Made by a program: the position numbers and the translations under genes
Assembly (NCBI GenBank): GCA_050952625.1
Contig: JBMNLH010000005.1
Span: 1 to 64,000, forward strand
Reading direction: 5' to 3'
DNA length: 64,000 nt
Origin: Bacillota bacterium
GTDB taxonomy: Bacteria > Bacillota > Ch66 > Ch109
The notes under the pieces: model-generated
What the model saw: the letters and a program-made list of their open reading frames with translations, nothing else
Told to the model about the DNA's origin: nothing
The model's database searches: none
Shown: piece after piece, positions 46,840 to 56,147 of the stretch
Layout: every line of letters begins with the position of its first letter
Numbering within the stretch: position 1 is the stretch's first letter

Positions 46840-48000
46840 ATAGTTTCTAGGAAAGTTTTATTTGTTACAACGGTACCCAGCACTATTAGAGCATTTCTAT
46901 TACCCTTTGCTAAGCATTTCCGGAACATGGGATGGACTGTTGATGCGGCAGCTGCCGGGATAGGAAGCTTTGACGAATGTGTAGAAGTATTTGATAATGT
47001 CTGGGAGATACAATGGTCGCGAAACCTGCTGGATCTTAATAATCTTTTTGATGCTCCAAAGGCAATACAGGAAATTGTCCAACAAGAGGGTTATGATCTA
47101 GTACATGTTCATACCCCTGTAGCGGCATTTGTAACTCGATGGGCTCTGCGTAAGGTGAGAAGGAATAATAAGCTTAAGGTAATTTATACGGCTCATGGCT
47201 TTCATTTTATCAAAGGTGCTCCTTTTTATAAAAATCTAGTGTTTATTATTCTTGAAAAGCTGGCGGGGAACTGGACAGATTATTTGGTTGTTATTAATAA
47301 AGATGATCAGGAAGCTGCCTTAAAGTATCGTATAATAAAAAAAGCTAATTTACTATACATGCCTGGAATAGGGATAGATAGTGCGTATTTTGATCCAAAT
47401 CTTATTTCGGAAAATGATTTAAATGAAGTAAGGGATGAAATAGGGTTAGATGAAAATGATAGATATTTTTTAATGGTGGCTGAGTTTAATAATAACAAAA
47501 ATCAAGCTGAAGCTGTAAAAGCCCTACATAAGTTAAATAACCAAAGTATACATATAGTGTTTGCTGGTACTGGTTCTACCATGGCGACGGTGAAGGAATT
47601 ATCCGAACACCTGGAAATTTCGGATAGGGTTCATTTTTTAGGTTATAGGAATGATATTCCTCGTTTAATAAAGGGGTCAATAGCACTACTGTTAACGTCA
47701 AGAAGAGAAGGTCTTCCTAGATGTATTTTAGAATCAATGAGTTTGGAAGTGCCTGTTATCGCCACAAATATAAGGGGTACGCGGGAATTATTAGCAGATG
47801 GCGTAGGAATTGTCTATCGGGCCGGGGATGTTGAAGGGTTGAAGAATGCTATGGAGTATGTTATTCATAACCCAGTAGAAGCGCAAGAAATGGGTAGACG
47901 TGGGAGAAAAAAGATTATAGAGAAATATGAATTAAAAAAAATTATCCAAATGCATGAGGACTTGTATTATAGAGCTTTGAAAGATAACCGGGTTGATTGA
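46840..48000 (+). CDS. Glycosyltransferase family 4 (EpsD-like); probable ATA start at 46840
   Basis: KVLFVTTV..AFLLPF N-terminus upstream of the 46927 ATG; HTPVAA, YTAHGFHF, SRREGLPRCILE. Confidence 0.85.
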   Translation: MVSRKVLFVTTVPSTIRAFLLPFAKHFRNMGWTVDAAAAGIGSFDECVEVFDNVWEIQWSRNLLDLNNLFDAPKAIQEIVQQEGYDLVHVHTPVAAFVTRWALRKVRRNNKLKVIYTAHGFHFIKGAPFYKNLVFIILEKLAGNWTDYLVVINKDDQEAALKYRIIKKANLLYMPGIGIDSAYFDPNLISENDLNEVRDEIGLDENDRYFLMVAEFNNNKNQAEAVKALHKLNNQSIHIVFAGTGSTMATVKELSEHLEISDRVHFLGYRNDIPRLIKGSIALLLTSRREGLPRCILESMSLEVPVIATNIRGTRELLADGVGIVYRAGDVEGLKNAMEYVIHNPVEAQEMGRRGRKKIIEKYELKKIIQMHEDLYYRALKDNRVD

Positions 48001-48037
48001 CTGGATGAACCCGGGTCACCCCGAGTTCACCCAGTCT
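47999..48037. terminator. Hairpin between convergent genes
   Basis: GACTGG-TGAAC-CGGG / CCCG-GTTCA-CCAGTC inverted repeat. Confidence 0.45.
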
Positions 48038-48830
48038 GATCCTTTTTAACCTTACTTTCGATTTGCTGCTGCCTGATAAGAGCGGATACGAGGATGGCCA
48101 GGTTGGTTACCTGATGCAACAGAGCGTAAGATAGCTTGTTGATGTCATCGATGTCGCCGATATTGCGATAATCTATCTTGGCTATCTCGTTGATCAAGCT
48201 AAATTGAGGAATTAAGTCGGTTTGTGCAGGCTGGGTTAGGATCTGGTACCTTAATCCGGGATCAGCCAATTGCCCGGGAGCCCGGTTTGGATACGAGTGG
48301 AGTTCTGCTAAAGCCTTTTTGATGCTAACCGCTTCCCCCTCGAGCTTGAACAGGGATTTTACCTGCTGCTGAACATCAAGCCAGGTACCGTCACGAAAAA
48401 AGATTCGGGACCCGGGTTTGCCCTCGCTCGCCGGGTGGGCTTTGAAAGATTTTATCTTATTGGCCACCACATAGCCGGTCGCCCCATCGTCTTTAGTGAG
48501 CGGCGTCCGGGCATGGACCGGGATCAACAATAAATCCTGGTTTATGCTTAGCGGTGCATTATTGGTACGTTTAACCAGTTGGGCGCATTGTTTCCGGAGA
48601 ACAGCCAGGTCCAGAGAAAAAATTTTGCCCAGGCCGTTGAGGACCGTCTTCAAACGTCGGGGGTCCTGATAGGCTGGTTGACCTTCCAGTCCAACCAGGG
48701 TTTGATTGCCGCCATGGTCACCATAAACCGGGATTAAGTACTTTATGGCTGGCCAATTTTTACGGTACGAGAATTGACGGGATTTAACTGCTGGTGAACC
48801 TTGATCCTGCTTTTCTGGTTGATGATTAAC
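48027..48830 (-). CDS. ComK-like hypothetical protein (frame open well upstream of the 48653 TTG)
   Basis: In-frame upstream segment IKYLIPVYGDHGGNQT..DPRRLKTVL, then LLIPVHARTP..DGATGYV. The SD AAGGGGG at ~48840 has no canonical in-frame start. ComK similarity is judged by eye. Confidence 0.5.
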   Translation of the reverse strand, partial: VNHQPEKQDQGSPAVKSRQFSYRKNWPAIKYLIPVYGDHGGNQTLVGLEGQPAYQDPRRLKTVLNGLGKIFSLDLAVLRKQCAQLVKRTNNAPLSINQDLLLIPVHARTPLTKDDGATGYVVANKIKSFKAHPASEGKPGSRIFFRDGTWLDVQQQVKSLFKLEGEAVSIKKALAELHSYPNRAPGQLADPGLRYQILTQPAQTDLIPQFSLINEIAKIDYRNIGDIDDINKLSYALLHQVTNLAILVSALIRQQQIESKVKKDQTG

Positions 48831-48877
48831 GGCAACCGCCCCCTTTTCTGAATAAATGATTGTTTGGACTATTAGTT

Positions 48878-48906
48878 ATTGTATCAGAACAAATGTTCTG
48901 GCACAA
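48878..48906 (-). promoter_or_regulatory. sigmaA promoter with LexA (Cheo) box in the spacer
   Basis: Minus strand TTGTGC-cAGAACATTTGTTCTga(17)-TACAAT; GAAC-N4-GTTC. Confidence 0.75.
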
Positions 48907-48962
48907 AAAGCAAAAAGGGCTTCTGATCTTGGAACACGGACTTTAGTAGCTATGAACCAGGT

Positions 48963-49130
48963 TTATTTCGACGATGAAGGATATAACGTGTTTTTGCCAC
49001 CTATTTCCTGGCCCAGGTGCACAATTGCTACTGTGAGTTCGTCTAACTTCTTTTCTACCCGCACGAGCAAAAAGACCGTGACCAGCATCGGAAAGCCGTA
49101 GTTGCCAATCTGGGTCCATAAGGTTTCCAT
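48963..49130 (-). CDS. yvrJ: YvrJ family small membrane protein
   Basis: METLWTQIGNYGFPMLVTVFLLVRVEKKLDEL; SD AGAGGTG. Confidence 0.88.
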   Translation of the reverse strand: METLWTQIGNYGFPMLVTVFLLVRVEKKLDELTVAIVHLGQEIGGKNTLYPSSSK

Positions 49131-49519
49131 AGTCTCACCTCTTTCTGGTTGCTGTCTTCTGCGGTCATTTTGAGCAGAGCGAAGAATCTTAACACCATAG
49201 TTTCCATCTGGCAGCCTGAGTGTCAGCGGAGAGGATTCTTCATTCCGTTCAAAATTATCCGGCGTTGACCGCACCACGATAAACGAATAATGGTATATTA
49301 AAAGTAATGACAAATACAATGGGTCTGATCCCGGGTTGGGGCCCGGGATCAGTGGGGTGAACTTCAATCTAAGCTGGTTATTTTCAGTATGGTCTAGATC
49401 TAGGTCCTTTAGAGTTAATACGTCGAGGTTATATGTGCCGTCGCTCGGGTATGGTTCCGAGAAAGGGCCTCTTTTAGTAAATCAAACCCTGAGGATTCAA
49501 TTCACTGAGGCGGTTTTAG

Positions 49520-49741
49520 CTAGTCCGTTTTAAACAACTGCACGGTTTCGCGACTGACGATGCGGGCTTCAATTACCCCCACCAGGTCCCCCGTGGAACT
49601 GGTAAAGATGTTTTTGGCGACAATGGTTTCCATCGCGTTTTGCACGGTCGTAGCGTCCAGGGTTTCCAGCGGATCGTCTAGAGAGAGGGTTGCCCGGCGT
49701 CCACCGGCGGTTCGAAAAACCATCTGTAATTGTTGATTCAT
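49520..49741 (-). CDS. DUF2922 family protein
   Basis: LQMVFRTAGGRRATLSLDDP..VQNAMETIVAKNIF..GDLV..ARIV; SD AAGGAG. Confidence 0.85.
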   Translation of the reverse strand: MNQQLQMVFRTAGGRRATLSLDDPLETLDATTVQNAMETIVAKNIFTSSTGDLVGVIEARIVSRETVQLFKTD

Positions 49742-50018
49742 TTGCTTCACTCCTTTCTGGCCTGGCCTGCCTGATGACTAGCACGGCCTGAATGGATCGA
49801 GGAAGGTCATGATAGACTCTGCCGATCCCAGACTCCTGCTTATACCTAAAACTTTTGCTGCCTGCAGGAAGGCCTCGATAGACTCTGCCGATCCGCCAGT
49901 CAGCGGGTAGTGACTGGGGCACCGGTGAACCAGGGAGGCCAGGCTGGATAGTTGGTTTTTTGATTTATTTGGTTAGGTTAGGTTTGGTCTGTTTTGAACT
50001 GGTCTGGCAATCTACTGA

Positions 50019-50243
50019 CTACTCGTTTTCCAGACTGAATTCATCAATCCGCTGCACCGCACTTAAGGTGTGCTGCTGCAGGGACACCAGCAGGTTGGCG
50101 ACGTCAAAAACGTCCTGATCATCCGCGCTGGGTTTGACGTTGCGGAAGCTCCGATTTTTGAGAATCGGGCTGCCATCCTGATCAAAGCCGGTCTCCAGGG
50201 TAAGCCGCAGGGTGCTTCCCAGAGGGGTTTCTAAAACTGCCAT
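50019..50243 (-). CDS. DUF1659 family protein
   Basis: STLRLTLETG.D..G.PILKNRSFRNVK..ADDQDVFDVA..LVSLQ; SD AAGGAGGTG. Confidence 0.85.
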   Translation of the reverse strand: MAVLETPLGSTLRLTLETGFDQDGSPILKNRSFRNVKPSADDQDVFDVANLLVSLQQHTLSAVQRIDEFSLENE

Positions 50244-50305
50244 TTGGTTTCACCTCCTTTCGAGGCTTATTGTACGGGGGAAATCAGGATCTGCCAAAGG
50301 CCGAA

Positions 50306-50319
50306 CGAACATTAGTTCG
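50306..50319. promoter_or_regulatory. LexA (Cheo) box upstream of DUF1659 copy 1
   Basis: CGAACATTAGTTCG, identical at 61752-61765. Confidence 0.7.
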
Positions 50320-50682
50320 AACAGAGTGGCGGTGGCCTATGTGGCGAGTTGGGCGGGAATCGGGAGGAGTCAGGGCAGAATCGAAACGGAGGCGGGATGT
50401 ATCGGCCAGGTCGAGAAGGGATGAGAGCGGCGAGTGGGGTCCGGGGAGGGGTGTTTTGGTTTGTTTTGGTTGATCAACCAAGGGGACGGTTCTTGCGGCT
50501 GGTTGGTCGCGGTATGTGACTTACAACTTACACTTGCCCGGCGATTGACAGGTCAAATGAGACGCAAGTTCTGAATGAAAACAATCAATGCCGTAACTTT
50601 CTGGACCCAGCTATAAAAGGACAAGTGAGATCAATATGACATTACTTCTGATAGAGGGATGAACTAAGGAGAATTTAAGCTT

Positions 50683-51315
50683 ATGAAAGACTTGATTATT
50701 GTTGGAGCCGGTGCCTTAGGGAGAGAGTTGCTCCAGTGGATTAAAGATATTAATAGGATACAAGCAAAATGGGTTATCAAGGGCTTTATTAATGATAATC
50801 CCAACGCCCTAGATGGGTTGGCATGCGATTATAGCATTATTGGGAGCATTCAGGCATGGCAGCCGAAAGAAACCGAAGTGTTTGCTTGTGCAATTGCAAA
50901 CCCTAGTGCAAAAGAAAAAGTTGTGAACTTACTAAAATCAAAAGGAGCTTCTTTTGAAACAATTATCCATCCTACGGCTGTAATCGGAGATCATAATGCA
51001 ATTGGAGAGGGCGTTGTGGTGTATCCATATGCATGTATTACAGTGAATACTAAAATAGGTGATTTTGTTACTTTATTACGATCGGGAATCGGACATGACG
51101 TCGTAGTTGGTGATTTTAGTACAATTTCTTCGTTTTGTGATATAACTGGAAGAGTACAAGTGGGACGCAGCGTTTTCTTTGGAAGTGGGGTAACAGTGGT
51201 TCCAGGAAGGAAAATTGGTGATAATGCCTATATTGGAGCAGGCAGTGTAGTCGTTACCCATGTAAAAGCTAATACAAAGGTTATGGGTTACCCGGCAAAA
51301 AAATTTTTATTTTAA
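50683..51315 (+). CDS. PglD/NeuD/VioB-family sugar N-acyltransferase
   Basis: IVGAGALGRE, IIHPTAVI, IGHDVVVGD, hexapeptide repeats. Confidence 0.88.
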   Translation: MKDLIIVGAGALGRELLQWIKDINRIQAKWVIKGFINDNPNALDGLACDYSIIGSIQAWQPKETEVFACAIANPSAKEKVVNLLKSKGASFETIIHPTAVIGDHNAIGEGVVVYPYACITVNTKIGDFVTLLRSGIGHDVVVGDFSTISSFCDITGRVQVGRSVFFGSGVTVVPGRKIGDNAYIGAGSVVVTHVKANTKVMGYPAKKFLF

Positions 51316-51498
51316 ACCTAGATGAGATTTGTCCCGAGCGAAACAGTCCCTGATCTTAGGTACTGAGCTTTCATGAGAGGTCGAACTATAATAATTTTAC
51401 CTTGATTGTTTTGAGGACTAGCTGAGGAACTAACCGTAGAGGGTTGTTGATTGCAAGACACTGGATGAAATAGAACACAACGTTAAGGAAGTGAATTA

Positions 51499-52500
51499 GT
51501 GGATATTGGGATTAAGGCTATTGAATATACGCTTCCTGAAAAAGTATTAACTAATGAGGAATTGGCACAAATATATGATAGTTGGACACCTGAAAAAATT
51601 CTCACAAAGACCGGTATCGCAGCGCGTCATATTGTTTCAGTAGGCGAATGTGCGTCTGATTTGGCTGAAACAGCTGCAAAAAAACTCTTTGAATCCGGTG
51701 TGATTTCACCCAAAGATATTGATCTTATTCTATTGGCTACCCAAAGTCCAGATTATCAACTGCCCACAACGGCCTGTATTTTGCAAGATAGATTAGGAAT
51801 ACCCCAAACTGCAGGAGCGTTTGATTTTAATTTAGGCTGTTCTGCCTACATCTATGGGTTGGCTATTGCCAAAGGCTTAGTTAACACTGGAGTTGCCCAG
51901 AACGTATTATTGCTCACCGCAGAAACCTATACGAAACATATACATAGGTTGGATAAAAGCACCCGTACCATCTTTGGCGATGCCGCTGCGGCAACGCTAA
52001 TTGGTCATAATGGACATGCTATTGGCGATTTTGATTTAGGAACCGATGGCAGCGGCAAGAATGCTTTAATCATCCCTTCCAGCGGGGCTAGATTATCGCG
52101 TTCTGAAGCTACCGCGAAAGAGTATGAGGATAACGGCTCTATTCGCTCTCAGGACAATCTATTTATGGATGGGGCTGAAGTGTTTAATTTTTCAATTCGA
52201 GTTGTTCCTCAGAGTGTAAAGAATGTCTTAGAGAAGCACAACTTAGCATTAGCTGATATTGATCTGTTCGTATTTCATCAGGCTAATAAGTTTATGTTGG
52301 ACTATTTGAGGAAGAAGATAAATATCCCCAGGGAAAAATTTTATGTAAATATGCAAGACATCGGCAACACGGTATCGGCAACCATCCCTATTGCTTTGAA
52401 ACGAGCTGAAGAAGAAGGACGATTGCATAAAGGCGATAAGATTTTGTTATCAGGATTTGGGGTAGGGTTTTCTTGGGGTTCAACTATCATTACCTATTAA
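51499..52500 (+). CDS. fabH: Ketoacyl-ACP synthase III (FabH-like)
   Basis: NLGCSAY (Cys), FHQAN (His), GNTVSA (Asn), GFGVGFSWG. Confidence 0.9.
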   Translation: MDIGIKAIEYTLPEKVLTNEELAQIYDSWTPEKILTKTGIAARHIVSVGECASDLAETAAKKLFESGVISPKDIDLILLATQSPDYQLPTTACILQDRLGIPQTAGAFDFNLGCSAYIYGLAIAKGLVNTGVAQNVLLLTAETYTKHIHRLDKSTRTIFGDAAAATLIGHNGHAIGDFDLGTDGSGKNALIIPSSGARLSRSEATAKEYEDNGSIRSQDNLFMDGAEVFNFSIRVVPQSVKNVLEKHNLALADIDLFVFHQANKFMLDYLRKKINIPREKFYVNMQDIGNTVSATIPIALKRAEEEGRLHKGDKILLSGFGVGFSWGSTIITY

Positions 52501-52582
52501 AGATCCATGTACACCGGTGCACAAGCAGCGATGAGAAAAATTTTGTGTTAACTTTAATTTTAAAAAAAGGGGATATTTAACT

Positions 52583-53195
52583 TTGATTCAATCAGCTTTT
52601 GAGAATATAAGAATTAGTGGAGTTGCATGTACAGTTCCTACGACTAGAGACATACTGCTCGAAAAATACGCTCATGTTTTTGGAGAAGAAACCGTCCAGA
52701 AATTCAGTAAAATGACCGGAGTAATCTCGCGTCGCGTCACTAACCGAGAGCAAACGGCGTCTGACTTATCATACGAAGCCGCTAGGTATTTGATGAAACA
52801 GAAAGACATACAACCGGAAACGATAGGGGCTATTGTATTAGTTACTCAAACACCTGACTATCGTATCCCATCCTCAGCCTGTGTTCTGCATAAAAGACTT
52901 GGACTCTCGAAAGATTGTATGGCCTTTGACGTCAATTTAGGTTGTTCTGGCTATGTATACGGGATACAGATATTATCGTCTCTTATGGCGAACAGTAATA
53001 TTGATAGGGGTTTGCTTTTGGCGGCGGATACTATTACTTGGTCATGAAAGAAACCGGCGCATCAAAACCCTAATGTGCGGCTTTGGGATAGGGTTATCTT
53101 GGGGAGTTGTTTCAGCAGAAGTGAATACCGATGATATTTATCCAATTACAGAAAGTGATGAGTACTATACCGAAGGAGCGGTGAGTCATGATTAA
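52583..53195 (+). pseudogene. Second FabH-like gene with large internal deletion at ~53030
   Basis: The N-terminal half (NLGCSGY) is joined out of frame to the C-terminal GFGIGLSWG tail; HQAN and GNT motifs are absent. Confidence 0.8.
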
Positions 53196-53946
53196 CCCTA
53201 TGGATTTGACAGGGAGAAAGATTCTTGTGACCGGGGCATCGTCGGGGATCGGCAGGGCAACTGCGATACATCTAAGTAGACTAGGTGCAAGGGTGATTAT
53301 GGTTGCTCGAAATGAAGAAAAACTAAAAGATACGCTTACCAGTATGGAGGGTGAAGGCCATAGCCTATATCCATATGATTTGAAAAACATCGAGAACATT
53401 GAGAGTTTTCTTGAAGGAATTATAAGTATAGAAGGCAAATTAAATGGCTTAGTTCATTGCGCTGGCGTGGGTGATATGCGTCCATTGCAAATGACAAAAT
53501 TTGATTTTATTCATGGTGTAATGTTAATTAATTTCTATGCTTTTGTTGAATTAGTGCGTGTAGCTGCAAAAAAGAAAAATCATGCGGAGAATGCTTCTTT
53601 TGTGTCAGTATCATCGGTGGCAAGTCTTGATGGTCAAAAATCAAAAACAGCGTATTGCGCATCAAAGGGTGCCCTTGACAGCGCAAGCAGGGCAATGGCA
53701 AAGGAGTTGGCATCAAAAAAGATCAGGGTTAACACAGTGATTCCTGGGTTTTTAAAAACTGACATGTATGATTCTTATGTCCAATCTACAGGCGAAGCGG
53801 ATTTTGAAAAAAATGTTTTAGCTTATCAATATTTGGGTCTCGGCCAACCGCTAGACGCCGCCAATGCCATAGCCTTCTTACTAAGTGACGCTTCAAAATT
53901 TATAACCGGTACTGGATTAATCGTTGACGGCGGCTATTTGTCATAG
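53188..53946 (+). CDS. SDR oxidoreductase (FabG-like ketoacyl reductase)
   Basis: TGASSGIG, HCAG, YCASK, VDGGY. Confidence 0.85.
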   Translation: MINPMDLTGRKILVTGASSGIGRATAIHLSRLGARVIMVARNEEKLKDTLTSMEGEGHSLYPYDLKNIENIESFLEGIISIEGKLNGLVHCAGVGDMRPLQMTKFDFIHGVMLINFYAFVELVRVAAKKKNHAENASFVSVSSVASLDGQKSKTAYCASKGALDSASRAMAKELASKKIRVNTVIPGFLKTDMYDSYVQSTGEADFEKNVLAYQYLGLGQPLDAANAIAFLLSDASKFITGTGLIVDGGYLS

Positions 53947-54081
53947 ATTTTCCAACCTTTATTCACTATTTTTATTCGTTCGAATCAATGTCGGTAGGAT
54001 TCGCACAATAAATAATGCCAAATATGTAAGCTGCTACAAGCAATCAAGGAAAAATATCAGAAAACAGGGAGGTAGCGATTA

Positions 54082-54300
54082 ATGCAATTACGTGAAAAAT
54101 TAGCTTTGCTGGAAGATATTTTTGAGCTGGAAGAAGGAAGTCTTAACGAGAACATGGCACTTTCGGAACTGGAATGTTGGGATTCCATGGCAGCAATTTC
54201 ATTGATAGTGCTGATGGACGAAGAGTTCGGTAAAAAGCTGACTGGTGATCAGATTAAGGCCTTTAAAACGGTCCAGGATATTCTGAATTTTATGGATTAA
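54082..54300 (+). CDS. Acyl carrier protein
   Basis: Acidic 72-aa protein with a WDSMAA phosphopantetheine-Ser motif; SD GGAGGT. Confidence 0.88.
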   Translation: MQLREKLALLEDIFELEEGSLNENMALSELECWDSMAAISLIVLMDEEFGKKLTGDQIKAFKTVQDILNFMD

Positions 54301-54460
54301 GTGTTATTAAAAAAGAGATATTGACAGATGAGATTCAATCAGGATTGATGAACTGAATAATAACCGTGTTGTGTTTTTGTAGATGGCGAGGTGCATTGCT
54401 CTATCTAAATTAAGAGAAATGACTGGTTTACAGAAACGCTGAAAAGTTAGGTGGGGAGTT

Positions 54461-55339
54461 ATGCCGAAAATTGGTCTGCTCTTTCCCGGCCAAGGATCGC
54501 AGTCCATAGGAATGGGCAAAGAATTATATCACCAGCTACCCAGTGCAAAAAGATTGATGGACATAGCTAACGACATACTTGGTTTTGATATTAAAAGTAT
54601 AGTGTTTGCCGGTTCACCGGACAAGCTGAGCTTGACAGAAATTGCCCAGCCAGCCATATATATTGTATCGGCCATGTACATGGAAAAATTTAAAGAACTT
54701 AGGGAACCCTTCGAAATAGTAGCCGGGCACAGCTTGGGTGAGTATTCTGCCTTATATGCCGCGGGAGTATTGAGCTTTGAGGATGGCCTACAGCTTGTCC
54801 GAAAAAGAGGCCTTGCAATGAGTAATACTAATGCCATGGGATCTATGTACGCGGTGATCGGTTTGACATTGGAAGAAGTCGAGCCTTATCTGGAGAAATA
54901 TGAACAAAAAGTTGTTGTAGCTAATATCAATACAAAAAACCAAATAGTTATATCGGGATATGTAAAAGAAGCGGCACAAGCGGCCGAGGAATTGGCAGAG
55001 TTAGATAATGTACAAGTTAAGCAGCTTAAAGTAAGCAGTGCTTTTCACAGTCCATTAATGAGTGAGGCCCAGACAATAATGGCAGAAGAAATTGATAAAG
55101 TTAATTTTATGGTGCCTAAGTGTTTTATTACACCAAACATTTCCGCCATTCCCACAAAAGATGTCCAGATTATACGGGAATCTTTAAAAAAACAAATTAC
55201 CGGAAAAGTGAATTGGGTGGACACTATTTTGGGCATGAAAACACTGGGGATAGAGCGACTATATGAAATAGGGCATGGGGATATCCTGCGAAAGATGAAC
55301 AAAGGTATTACATTAAGACCAAAATGTATTGGGATATAG
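54461..55339 (+). CDS. fabD: ACP S-malonyltransferase
   Basis: FPGQGSQ, AGHSLGEY, VSSAFHS. Confidence 0.92.
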   Translation: MPKIGLLFPGQGSQSIGMGKELYHQLPSAKRLMDIANDILGFDIKSIVFAGSPDKLSLTEIAQPAIYIVSAMYMEKFKELREPFEIVAGHSLGEYSALYAAGVLSFEDGLQLVRKRGLAMSNTNAMGSMYAVIGLTLEEVEPYLEKYEQKVVVANINTKNQIVISGYVKEAAQAAEELAELDNVQVKQLKVSSAFHSPLMSEAQTIMAEEIDKVNFMVPKCFITPNISAIPTKDVQIIRESLKKQITGKVNWVDTILGMKTLGIERLYEIGHGDILRKMNKGITLRPKCIGI

Positions 55340-55460
55340 AGTATTGCATATGTTGCACTAATCAGGATTAATTTTTTCGGTTTGGCTTCTAGCAATACAG
55401 GAATTGGTATTATTTGATATTTTGGCAATCGTTTGATGAGTTATAAAAGGAGGGGATAGC

Positions 55461-56147
55461 TTGTACCTAGTCGTTAAACGATGTATAGACGTAATAGGAT
55501 CAGGACTAGGGCTTATTGTACTATCTCCTATATTGGCGGTTGTGGCAGTTGCTATTTGGATGCAGATAGGTCGCCCGATAATCTTTCGTCAAATGAGGCC
55601 TGGATTAAACGGACAGGCTTTTTATATGTATAAGTTTCGGACCATGACTGATGCCCGAGATGCTCGGGGCAATTTACTGCCTGACGAGCAACGGCTCACT
55701 CCAATTGGGAAATTTTTGCGAAAAACCAGTCTGGATGAGCTTCCTGAACTTATAAATGTACTTAAAGGGGATATGAGCCTGGTGGGACCACGGCCGCTGT
55801 TAATGCGGTATCTGGATAGATATACACCAGAACAGGCGAAAAGGCATGGAGTGAAACCGGGCATTACGGGTTGGGCGCAGGTAAATGGCCGTAATGCGTT
55901 AAGTTGGGAAGAAAAATTTACGTTAGATGTTTGGTATGTGGATAATTGTTCGTTATGGCTGGATTTAAAAATTTTGGCTCTAACGGTGATTAAGGTTTTC
56001 AAACGAGAGGGGATTAGTGCTGAAGGGTCGGCGACGATGCCGGAATTTATGGGCAGTTTTTCTGTAAACAATGATCAGTTACAGGCAGTTACACGTGGGA
56101 TTTATGAAGTAGCTGCTAGTAGCGAGGATACCAATCATCAAACATAG
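55461..56147 (+). CDS. Initiating undecaprenyl-phosphate sugar-1-P transferase (PglC/EpsL)
   Basis: KFRTM, LRKTSLDELP, SLVGPRP, KPGITGWAQVNGRN, DVWYVD. Confidence 0.93.
   Translation: MYLVVKRCIDVIGSGLGLIVLSPILAVVAVAIWMQIGRPIIFRQMRPGLNGQAFYMYKFRTMTDARDARGNLLPDEQRLTPIGKFLRKTSLDELPELINVLKGDMSLVGPRPLLMRYLDRYTPEQAKRHGVKPGITGWAQVNGRNALSWEEKFTLDVWYVDNCSLWLDLKILALTVIKVFKREGISAEGSATMPEFMGSFSVNNDQLQAVTRGIYEVAASSEDTNHQT

Larger units (their letters stand above)
48823..50481 (-). repeat. Copy 1 of ~1.6 kb direct repeat (DUF1659-DUF2922-YvrJ cassette)
   Basis: Colinear and highly similar to 60333-61906 in both ORFs and spacers. Confidence 0.92.

Noticed and set aside
48963-49922. Long versions of YvrJ (134 aa) and ORF 49569-49922 / 61086-61310
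   Set aside because: The extensions are not conserved between copies. The SD sites support the 55-aa YvrJ and 73-aa DUF2922.
50212-50481. ORFs 50212-50424, 50270-50473, 50284-50481 and 61716-61898
   Set aside because: Indels between the two repeat copies break these frames, and they overlap the promoter and LexA region.
51380-51498. HicB antitoxin relic (KTLDEIEHNVKEV)
   Set aside because: Too short and degraded to support without a search.
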